From Octopus sinensis (lineage: Eukaryota): a DNA stretch of 64,000 nt. A program made the translations under genes and the position numbers. Shown here piece by piece: positions 52,731 to 64,000 of the stretch (positions within the stretch are counted from its first letter, which is position 1; the number at the start of each line of letters is the position of its first letter). The notes beneath the pieces were generated by a model. The model saw only the letters and a list, made by a program, of their open reading frames with translations. It was not told the origin of the DNA and ran no database searches. The stretch spans positions 47,988,001-48,052,000 of the forward strand of contig NC_043002.1 of assembly GCF_006345805.1 (NCBI RefSeq). Reading direction: 5' to 3'.

Positions 52731-53949
52731 CCTTCTGTTTAGTATATTCTTTCTTTAACTAATGTTTCTCTCAAATTTAAGAAATGCAAGTATGAATTGA
52801 AGTTAGATGGCTTTCAATGTCATGAGTCCAACATGAATTTATCTACACACTAAGACTGTATGTTCTTTTGTCCTCTAAATATTGGTTGAATACACTTTAA
52901 CATGGCAATTGTAAATATCACACTATTTCTCTATTGCTAGTCTTTTAGGATGTCTCACTTATTGTGTATATGTGTGTAACAGCATGTGCTTTAAAAATAC
53001 ATAATTATTTAAACATTATTAAAAACATGAAGTTTCTTTTTAAAAAAGAGAATTTTTTTTTTTACAAAAACCATTCTTTCTTCCATTTAATTTATAAAAA
53101 AAGAAAATACATGGTTTATAAATGTAATCTTTCTAACGGCAATTTTCACATTTTACAATGCATTATACATTAGTATGTATTAATTTCAGACAAATGTCTG
53201 CCACACACACACACATTTGCACAAATACACTAGTGTAAATACAAATATATACATATTGCTGCACAGATATATTTAACTACAGAAATGTTGATACAGCATT
53301 TAGTTAATTTTTTTTCATTATTACCATTATTAGTGTCTTCCATTAATATCATGGTCTGCCATTTCAACCTAAATAAATGGCCCTATTTTTAGGCTTATTC
53401 AATAAGTCTTAGTTAAAAGGAAATTGTATTATGTTCATTGATAGCAACTCACATCATCTCAAGTTGTTAGTCAAAGCTGATTTTTCAAACATGTTACTTT
53501 GAAAATTTTGAATCTATTTAATAAGCTTATTGATAATAATAATTATGAGAAAATAAGGATAGTGAAGTGACAAAAACACTAGTGTAAGACTTATTTTGTA
53601 CGATTTAATTTGATCATTTCACATTCTGTGATTAAATCCTGCAGAGATTAAATTTGCCTCTCAATTTTTTCGAGGAATCGATAAAATAATTTCTTTTAAA
53701 AAATTGTACTTTGTGTTTGTGATCTTATTTCAAAAATAAGAAATCTTTATAACTCAAGAGACAAAGAATAGAAAACACAAAAACACAACCAGAAGTCTAT
53801 CAAAATATGTCTCAGTAATAATATTAATATCATTATTTTACCCCCACATCTAATATTCTACTTTTTCACCAGCCAGACAAAGGAAATAAGAACAATCTAG
53901 GTAAATTTAGTATAAATTTAATGCTTCATGTCAGTTGTAAATAGCTGTT

Positions 53950-54115
53950 ATAATGGTTTCAAATTTTGGCACAAGGCCAGCAGTTTAGGGGAGGAGGTAA
54001 GGCGATTATATTTACCTATGTTCAACTGGTTCTTATATTATACACCCCTGAAAGGATGAAAGGCAAAGTCAACCTCATCAGAATTTGAACTCAGAATGTA
54101 AAGACAGATGAAAAT
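53950..54115 (-). mobile_element. SINE family B
   Basis: ctgaaaggatgaaaggcaaagtcaacctc...atttgaactcagaatgtaaagac. Confidence 0.8.
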
Positions 54116-56477
54116 AGCTATTATATATAGCAAAATTAAAATGTAAGTGCAAAGAGGAAACTAGTTTTAGTATGAAAGACAGGGAATTGAGTGTTTTCAA
54201 CTTGAAATTTGATGGGTTAGAACACCACAGGGCTGTGAGTAGGTTCCAAGAAGCAGTTCCCCAAGCTTAGATGACAACTAGTAGCTGCTGTTGCAGTTGA
54301 AATGTCAATTAGATTACAGAGCTCAACAGTGCATCAGTGGAAGTAAAATATTGATGATTTGACTGAGCAACTAATCAACCATATTTTTCAAGAACCGAAG
54401 TGAGAGAGAAGATAGAGAGAATGTATGTGTGAGTGTGGCTGAAGTACCTACAATTCTTCATATATATCTCTATCTGTTTGAATATTATATAACTTGAAAC
54501 AATTATTTTTTTTTAGTTTACTTCTCTTGGGATATCAGATACTTTCTATTTTTTACTTAATAACAATAAGTTTCAGTTTTATTTCTTTCAAATCCTTGCC
54601 TGCTGTATCTTAGCATAGATATTGAAATAGATTTATTGAATTTCTTTGGTGTCATTTAGTTCATGTTCTGAAAAGTCTTAAAATAAATTAATGGAAGAAA
54701 ATGTAAACATTTACTTTGAAATTAGAAATGTTTTCAACCTTCATTGACCTTTTAGAAAAAGATAGGATTTGATTCTCTTTAATAGCTATAATACATAGTG
54801 TTGCTATGTGTTTATGTGATTGTGGTTGTGGGGAGGGGGTGCAATTAATATATGTGCATACAGATGTATAAGTGAATGTGTATGTGTGGGGAAGAGCATG
54901 AAATACTAAGTGCAGTATTTTCTTTCCAAATTCTAAACTATCATTATTGAAAATTAATTTTTTCACTTTTGCATAACTTGGATATTATAATTTACCATTC
55001 TTTGAGTATGTGTGTTCACTATCACTATTTTACTCAATAACATATTTAAAATAAAATTTCTAACTAACATAATATATTTGAAATATGGTTTCTAATGTGT
55101 ACCATTGTTTTTAAGCTAAATTTGGTGTCATCTAGTTCAAAAAATTATATCAAATTATGTTTGCTAACATCTAGTTCATAAAATTTTCTGTAAATAAATC
55201 CAAAGTCAATGCCGATTTAATTGGATTTGTCTTAGTGAATATACAGCTAACAGTTTCCTTTCTTTTTTGTGGGACTGAAGTTCATATTTGATGATGTAAA
55301 CAAAAGTTGGCTGTATAAAATATTCATTGTTTGATTGAATTCATATTAATGAGATTTTTAGTTCATTTATGAATATCAATTAATAACTTTCAGCAAAACA
55401 ACATCATCAGTGACAGTATATTTTAAGTTTGCTCTTATGACATCATAATCTTCACAAATAGTTGAACAAATAGTTGAACAAATAGTGTAAATTAAGCATA
55501 AAACTGTGCCACATTAACTTTTACATATGGTGCTGCATTTTCAATTAGATTTTTCTCGGTAAAAATCAATAAACATTTTATTCAATTAGTTTTTAATATG
55601 TTGCTACATATGAGAAAACAACAATTATCTTTTAACAATTATGTGTCAATTTAGACAGTTAATAAGGCTAAATAAGGTATTTTTTGGCATAAGTTTACTA
55701 TTCTCAATGAAATATGATTAAACCATTTCCAATTATTCCCAAAGTTAAATAATTTAATAATTTATATAATGTTTTGAGACTAAATTAGTCAGAGAATTGA
55801 AAAAAATGAAGTAGCCATATCTGTACATAAGTGTACATGTGTGTGTGTGCATGTACATTCATGTGTATAGGCTGGAAAGAGAGAATTGTCACATTTTTTA
55901 CACAATCCCTCTGAGGGTACTTTTTTAATATGTATTGTATAATAAGCATTAATTTTTATATTTCAATGTTGTACTTTATTTGTAGATTACTTTATACCAT
56001 AGTGGTTAAATTCCTATAGTTGCTACCCTTTTAAAATGAGTTTAGATCAGACCCGTATCACACACTGTATTTTTGGAAAGTCATGAAATTTTGAAACCAG
56101 CTAAGTCAGTGTAAAGAAATCCTCTTAAAAACTTCAAGTGCTTACCCAACTTCATGTCTTTTTTTTTCTATTCCTGTGAAAAACATTTTCTACACGCAAG
56201 GACATACACAGATCACCAACACTACATACACACATCATATGCACAAAATGTTGTAAATATTAACAAATCACTTTGACCTACTAGAAATAATTTCTGAATC
56301 TTCAAGAAATTGCACTCCACTATCTTATAAATACAATAGGAGGATACAATAATCTTTGTGGTCTTACATTTATTGTGTCTGAAAAAGAGTTGAGATGCTT
56401 GTGGCTAGAGTGGTATTGATCATAGAGCTGCTATTATTATTATTATCATTATTATTAATATTATTATCATTACTAAG

Positions 56478-57090
56478 AAAGTGAGTTGGCAGAATCGTTG
56501 GCATGCTGGGTGAAATACTTAGCGGTACTTCATCTGTTGCAACATTCTAAGTTTGACTTTGTCTTTCATCCTTTCAGAGATGATATATTAAGTACCAGTG
56601 GAACACTGGGGTTGATGTGATCAACTGTTCCCCTCCCCACAAAATCCAGGCTTTGTGCCTTTAGTTGAAAGGATTATTATTATTATTATTGAGTGAGAGA
56701 GCAGTGTATGCCATCAAAGTAACACTGGGGTAAAATATATGAAGCCTAGTATACCCATCATGACTACCCATCTGATAAGGGTACACCAGGCATATGCACA
56801 ACATTGCAGGTGGTGGTGGGGTGGACAAACACAGACACACAAATATATACATTTACATACATATACACACACATAAATATACACACATACATATAATGTT
56901 TGAGTGTGAATATATGTGTTTATGTTTATATTGTGCCCCTTTGAGATTTATAACTTATCAGCTCATCAAATAGATATTGGTAAAATAAGCACTAAATTGA
57001 AATAAGAACTGGACTTGATTTGATTAATAAAACCCTTGAAGTCAATATCCAGCATGGCTGCAGTCCAATGACTGAAACCAGTGAAAGAAG
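56478..57090. mobile_element. Repeat cluster: family B (+), an (ATT)n-tailed retroposon end (-, ~56673-56805), family A 3' remnants
   Basis: Family B and A landmarks; simple-repeat tail at 56673-56690. Confidence 0.6.
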
Positions 57091-59614
57091 ACAATAATAA
57101 ATAACTATTTATATTCACTGCTAATGGTCGAAAGGAAGTATCAAAACTGTAGGAGCATGGTCATGATATAAATAAGCAGAAGGTAGCTGACAGACAGATC
57201 TGAGAATTTTGTGAATATAAATTATTGTATACAAAAATAACTAACTAAAACACAAAATGGAAAACAACAGACATGCCAATAATTCTAAATATTTCACAAT
57301 AGCAATATGATAATGAGTAGATGTCAACTTCAGTTTGTAGTATTGGATATTTTATATAGTTTGTTTCTAAGTATGTTTGTGAAGAGTACAAGAAACTTGT
57401 TTAGAAATATATATGTTTAAAATATTTGAAGTATGTTATGAACAAATAAAATCAAATATCATGTGTCTTCGTGAATTCTCAAGACTGGTGTAAAATATTA
57501 TAAATATTTGATATGTCATGCATATTTATATTTTGAGTAAACAATAACTCTAAACTACATGCAGATAATCAATATTTTATTTATATCACATAATTGCTTG
57601 ACTTTTGTAGTCAGCAGAATACATCACTAAGGTTAACTATTGATCTGGTTTAGTGGTTAATGTGTCTGGTTCATAATCATATAACCGAGGGTTCATTTCC
57701 AAGATTGGATAGCAAGACATTTTATTTCATGTTGCTCCAGTTTACTCAACTGTAATGACTTGTGCAGCCTTTTTCCTTCTAGCTGTAACATCTTGGGTCA
57801 AGGGTGAGTGTGGGTGAGATGGTGTATATATTTCCTAACAACTATATAAGAGGCACTTAAAACAATTATTGAAAGCATAGTACATTAACAAGTCAAATTC
57901 ACTTGGTAGTAACCTCTATACTTCACTATACTTATTATTGATTGGATTTAAAAAGAGATGTTGGTATTGACAGTTAAGTGTTTCGAAAGGTATTAACAAT
58001 GAATGAAAATTGTTGCACTGAAATATACTCAGCTCATTGAAAAAATTACATTTTTTATACTTTAAAGTTTGTGTTACTTTCTCTGAACACTATACCATGC
58101 TAAAAGAAAAAAGGACACAGTAGCCCCTGATATGTGACAGGAAGATCACAGCTGAAATAGCTTTGATCACATATCTTCTTGACTAGAGGCGAGACAACCA
58201 CAAGAGCAATGACAAATATTCAATTATGTCACCAAAATTAGAAGAGCATCCATACAATACTCATCATATAAATCTAAGAAATTCTAGAATTATTTTAGGA
58301 AAAGTGGAATTCAATGTTCTGAAGAGGAATTTTTAGAGAGTAACATAATTATCACTGAAAAATTCTTTTTTTTTTTCTAAAATGACAAATAAATATTTTT
58401 AAAAAACATGTGTTCTTTTAAAAACTCACAAGAAATTGATTTTAAAAATATCTACACAGTGGTAGAAAGCCATTTTAGTGCTAAAATAGATGTAATCAAC
58501 TTTTTTTCTTAAATAGCATATGGATATTAAATCAAATTAGATGTAATCCAATAAACTCCTACAGCAAATAGCAAATGATAAATTAAACAAAACTTGCACT
58601 GTTAAGTAGTTAAGAAGAGCTTGTTCATTCCATCAATATTCAAACTAATGTATATCTACCATTTCACAGCTAATGGGAAACACTATTATGCCCCGGAAGA
58701 AAGTTAGTACAATAAGATTTTTTTTTGTATTTTTTTTCCAACTATGTTATTTAATATTTCTAATGATTAAATAACATAGTTGAAAATGAATATTTTTCTT
58801 GCCACATCTTCAAATTATCAAAAAAAAAAAAAAAGATTACTACTCCTGCACCTAAAAAGAGTAAAGAGTAAAAGAGTAAAGAGTCACCTAATCCAGATTC
58901 AAATATTTAAAGCTGATCAATCTAGCCAATGTAGCTATATCATATTATATTATTCCATGATGAATATGAAAGAACAAAACCAATTTCTAGAGAAATCCAA
59001 AGACAATTCCAAAGATGTGAAAGAAAGTCTTAGAATTTGAGCTTGTTAATTAGCTCATTCAGAGTTGGTTGTCTAATGGCTTTTAAATCAGCAACATCCT
59101 AAGCTGTTCTGAAAAGAAATGTGATATGCTTGAGAAGAAAAAGAATGGAGGATGAAAACTAGTATACTATGTAGTACATGGAACATTCATGACTGAATTA
59201 AATTGGAAAGAAGGAAAGGTAAGAGATGATGTACTTATTGATATGTCTTTCATCTTCTACTTGTTTCAGTTATTGGACTGTGGCTATATGCTTTATCGGG
59301 AAACAAATATTTTAGTGTATAAACATATTTTTTTAACAGCATATGTATTTTGTCTGTTGTTGTTGAGTATATAGGAATGGGCTAACTAAAATTCTGAAGA
59401 TTAAAATAGCCAATTTAAAAAATTTAATTGAACACATTTTATAGAATGCAAAAGCCTAATTAGGTCAAAAGACATCATGTTATCAATGATATTATACAAA
59501 AAAAAAAGGGAGGTCAAGATGTAGAAATGATTTAAGGAGGTATATGCATGTGTGCGGAGGGTGATTTTCTCAATGCTTAAATTTTTAAAATATTGTTAGT
59601 AATTTTAAGTAATA

Positions 59615-59790
59615 GTTTGATTTAGATCCAAAGCTAGTAATTTTGAGAGGAGAGGATTACTTGATGCCACTGACTCCAGTATTTGACTGGTATTTATTTT
59701 ACTGACCCAAAAGGATGAAAGGTAAAGTTCAGCCTGGTAGAAGTTAAACTCAGAGTGATAAGAACCAGAAGAAATACTGCAAAGCAGTTT
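59615..59790 (-). mobile_element. SINE family B, diverged
   Basis: gactggtatttattttactgacccaaaaggatgaaagg. Confidence 0.65.
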
Positions 59791-59917
59791 TTGCTGATAC
59801 TCTAAGTATTCCACAAGATTTTGCTTTCATAGTTACATGTTGGTAACTTTTGCTATAACATACGAACATATTCCAAGAATATCAGTTCAAGATAAACCAT
59901 CAAACTCTCTTCTTAAA

Positions 59918-59957
59918 TTCTTGTAACTTGTAGGACTACGTCTACAAGTTACAAGAA
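59918..59957. repeat. Perfect 16-bp hairpin with 8-nt loop
   Basis: ttcttgtaacttgtag-gactacgt-ctacaagttacaagaa. Confidence 0.92.
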
Positions 59958-60684
59958 CCACAATAGTCATCTCTCGTTAAAAAATAGTACATTAAAAATT
60001 TTATGACCCCATTTCTAGTGAAACAAATGCTTTCCAATTAATTTTTAATATAATCAAGAATTTGGAAGAATTTAGTGAGAAGTTAACTATTTTATTCATT
60101 GCTATATTAAGTAGTTGTTTTGAATGTTAACAAAGTACCTCAAATAAAATTATGATAGTAAATTTTAAATTCAAGATGAATACTGCAAAATGGGAGGCTT
60201 TTGAATCATAAAACCGGAAATAGTGTCAGGAAGACAGTTAATGATGGTATTAAGTCGTTCCATCAAGTTAACTATGTTATTGGTTATTATATTTCATAGC
60301 ACTTACAGGCAATAGCTTACCTGCTGTATATTCCAAATTGTTTTGTCCAACTCTTATAATCTTACTATCCAAATATTATATCAAATAGTCCAACCAGAAT
60401 TTAGACTTATTCATTATTGGGAAAATTATTTAGAGCCAATGTAAAATAAATAATCCCAGAATAACACAATACTTTGTTATTCAGTTAAGTCTACTGAAAT
60501 AATAATCTATAAGCTAAAATAAATAATAATTTTAAATATATACTATTTTATAATGCATTTTCTTGTAATTGGGCAAGAGCATATTAGTAAATATTCTAAT
60601 GACTAGTTGATATTGGACTGTTTAGTAGAAAATCAGTCCATAATAAAAGAGAATATGGTAGCTGTGTGGTTAGTAGCTCAGACA

Positions 60685-61100
60685 CAGGAGTAGCTGTGTG
60701 GTAAGTAGCTTGCTTACCAACCACATGGTCCCGGGTTCAGTCCCACAATGTGGCACCTTGGGCAAGTGCCTTCGACTATAGCGTTGGGCCAACCAAAGCC
60801 TTGTGAGTGGATTTCGTAAATGGAAACTGAAAGAAGCCTGTCGCATATATATATATGTGTGTGTGTGTGTGTGTATGTATATATATATGTATATGCTTGT
60901 GTGTCTATTTGTTCTCCTGCCATCACTTGACAACTGATGTTGGTGTGTTTACATCCTTATAACTTAGCAGTTCTGCAAAAGACACAGACAGAATAAGCAC
61001 TAGGCTTACAAAGAATAAGTACTGGGGTTGATTTGTTTGACTGAAGGTGGTGCTCCAGCATGGCTGCAGTCAAATGACTGAAACAAATAAAACAATAAAA
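60685..61100 (+). mobile_element. Full-length SINE family A followed by a TA/CA tract to ~61310
   Basis: Near-identical to 12944-13365. Confidence 0.9.
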
Positions 61101-61599
61101 GAATATATACACATATATATACATGCACAGATATATATATATACACATACATATATATACATGCACACACACATATATATATATGCACACACACACAAAT
61201 ATATAAACACATACATACACATATTTATATATATATACATAAATACACATATGCATATACATACACACATACATATGCATATATGTATATTCACACACAC
61301 GCACACACTCAAACATGAATATATACTGCCGATTTAGTTTCAGATTTAGAATTTTTATAAAGTATTCTTTTCTTGTCTTTCATAGTCTATTATTTTCATT
61401 TTATATTTTGTAAAAGGGAATATCTTAAATTGCTGACTATTTTGAATGTTGACTATTTGGGTTTAAATTTGGATTTAAAATTCTTATATAGAACATTTCT
61501 AAGAGATGAATTTTTAATTAGTTATTGCATGTTTACATAACTGCTTAATTTTGTCCCTGTTTCTTCACTGCAATTCTCATTACATTGTGGGCATGTGAT

Positions 61600-63460
61600 G
61601 TAGCTTTTTATTTTATAATTTATGTTTGCATTTACTTTCAATTCTTTCCCATTCTTGAATCTTTTGGTTGTTCTTTGCTCACTTATTACACATGTGCCAC
61701 AACAAGGGTCTCAACAGATTGTTTTACTTGTATAATTTCTTTCTCCAATGTGAATCTTGCCTTTGTAAGAAGTCTCTTGAAATTTAGTGGTTGTCTTTCG
61801 CTGTTGATGATTATGGATTTTTTTAATTATTTGTTAGAGATTTCATGATTGATGTAGAATTGGGAGGTATCATTTAGCTGAATGTAGGAGATTATAGTTC
61901 CTGAGATTTTCCATAACTATGCATCTTTGTAGATAATATTGGTCATCAAAGAAGTAGAAGTTTTCCAAAACTAACTGTAATCATTTAAGTATAAATACAT
62001 TTGGGAATCTCTACTGAATTTTTGTGCATATTTGTCTTTCCAGAATTCTACTGCTTGAAATCCTGATCCATGGATATTTGTGTAGAGGCTGGTTATGTCA
62101 AAGGTAACAAGGATTGTCTCTTTATTCATTCTGGAATATGGTTTAGGAAGTCTGATGAAACTAGGAATTAATTTGCATGAAAGTTTCAAAATGATGTCAA
62201 GTTGCTTAATCATTGGGTGCTGGATGCTGGTTCTGCAGCAATTGAATGTAATTTTAGATTAGAGGATTTGGGGATATCTATATATGGTGTATAGAGGCTT
62301 TTTTAGCAGTTAATGATTTCTTTAGATTTATGGAGTTTTTGAAGTACATAGAACTTACTTGTTTTTGCCTCAAAATTAGTGAGGTAATCCAACTTCTTTT
62401 TTTGGTGAGTCATTTTAAAATTCATTAATTTACCAGTTTTACTCATTGTTCATTTATCTGCATTGGTATCTAATTTTTTGAAATGTTGGTCATTTAATTG
62501 TTCTAAGACCATTTCCCAGCAATGAGTCTTGTCCATTATTACAATGGCTTCTCCTTTGCTGGATTCTATAATGATCATTCAGGAGTGTTTTTGTAGACAT
62601 CTCAGTGATTTTTGTTTTTCATTTGTAATGTTTGATTTTATCTGGCTTGGAATATTTGAGTTTGCAGATCTTTTTAGACATTATATATTCCTCTAAGTGT
62701 TTATTCCTGTTTATCAGAGCTTTAAATCCTGTTTAATCTGTCACAAGTGATGGATTTCCATAATATTTGTTTTGGAAGAATTTTTGTAGACAAATTTTTT
62801 TAGGAAATTCCTCAGTATCTTTTATAAGATCTGTCATGATTGGTTTGGGACCTGGTGTAAATGTTTGTCCATATTCCAGAAGTTTTATTCGTTTTGGACC
62901 AGTTGGTCCAATATTTTCTTTGGGGGATATTCCTAATATTGTTATTTTTATTGTGGTTGAATATAATCGATCCTATATTGGGAGGCAGCTATTGCTAACT
63001 TTAACCATATTTATATTGAAGATCTTAAGATATTTTGTGAATGTGAGAAGTGGTTATCTATTAGTTTTAGGAATTTTCTAGCTATGTTTGTAGCTCCATT
63101 CAAATTATATGGGAGATTGTACCATAAAATTTTCCTCTACCTGCATCTTCATGGTCTATCTTCATTTGGTTCAGTGTAATTTATGCTATTCTTAAAGTTG
63201 GACCTTTCTAATGTGGCATTGTAGTATGGGGCAACCTTGTTGAAAGTGACTTAATCAGAGGATAGGTTGGAAATGTATCTACTAATGTTATTAATTAATT
63301 GTTTTATGATTGACAGTGGGTGGGAGGTTGGAACCTATGTTGATGTAGGAAGCATCCACATTTGGTTTATGGCAGGATTTAAAATTGCCTGCACTAAGGT
63401 TCATGTTAATACCAAGGAAATTCACCTCTTCAAGGTCAGTGTTAATTGTAGTTCTTAGAT
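61600..63460 (-). mobile_element. Decayed Penelope-like retroelement (RT region)
   Basis: Minus fragments IIIESSKGEAIVIMDK (ADKG-like), TSKFYVLQKLHK (YGLPKIHK-like), ILVTFDITSLYTNI (SFDVxSLYTNI-like); many frameshifts; boundaries approximate. Confidence 0.75.
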
Positions 63461-64000
63461 TTAGTTGGCTAAATATTTTGCATAATTTTTTTTTATCCTA
63501 TCCATGTTCTGTTCATCTTTGTATCACTACCATTTAAGTAATTTCTTTCATTTCTACCATTCTATGTAAACATATCAGCCATGAGGAAATATTAACTTGC
63601 ATGAAAACAGATGAGGTTTAGCAACAGGAAGGGCATCCAAAGGAAAAAAATCTGGGCCAATAAATTTCATCAGACCCAAGAAAGCATGAAAAAGGAGAAG
63701 CAAAAAGAATTATGATATATATAACGTTGCTATTATGTTAAACTGTTGTATGTCCAAATTTGGGCAAATGCATTTTTTTAATATTCATATTTGCTTTCAA
63801 TAGCTGATTCTTTTGGTCAAACTATCATATCTCCAGCTGCTTCAGATATCAATAATTATCAAAGTTTAGTACAATGGTTTTGCTATGGAATGGTGAAACC
63901 ATTTGTTTCATTTTCTGAAAAAGCAGCATTTTGAACTTATGACGCTTTTGCATAATAGCAACAACACACACACACATATATATATATATTCTCAAAGAAA

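Noticed and set aside
60301-60515. Minus-strand donor CAG|GTAAGC at 60321/60320 with possible acceptors near 60494 or 60514
   Set aside because: Weak pyrimidine tracts and a stop-rich, AT-rich interval; cannot be distinguished from background
1-64000. CRISPR arrays, operons or other prokaryotic systems
   Set aside because: No regularly spaced repeat-spacer arrays and no gene-dense coding sequence; the window is eukaryotic repeat-rich DNA

Overview
AT-rich eukaryotic, non-coding DNA, most likely from an octopus or other coleoid cephalopod. This is inferred from the recurring tRNA-derived SINE families and the dense (TA)n/(CA)n microsatellites. There is no intact long CDS, rRNA/tRNA gene or CRISPR array. 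Nearly all listed ORFs are microsatellite or decayed-transposon artefacts. The window holds many SINE copies (about four families), three mariner/Tc1 relics with TIRs plus a terminal fragment, an RTE-type LINE relic, Penelope-like (RT and GIY-YIG) relics, fold-back elements and a ~1 kb TA/CA satellite. Beneath the repeats, a consistent set of minus-strand splice signals suggests giant introns of one gene. In transcript order these are a candidate 143-nt exon (41081-40939), a 39-nt exon (37454-37416), a zero-length AG|GTAAGT recursive splice site (17425/17424) and a 21-nt microexon (7530-7510) with a perfect TACTAAC branch point and a downstream TGCATG. The 143-nt candidate lies in one arm of a ~1.24 kb, ~99% identical inverted duplication (38442-39689 / 40460-41690), which could fold into long dsRNA. 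All exon calls come from motifs only and need RNA data.
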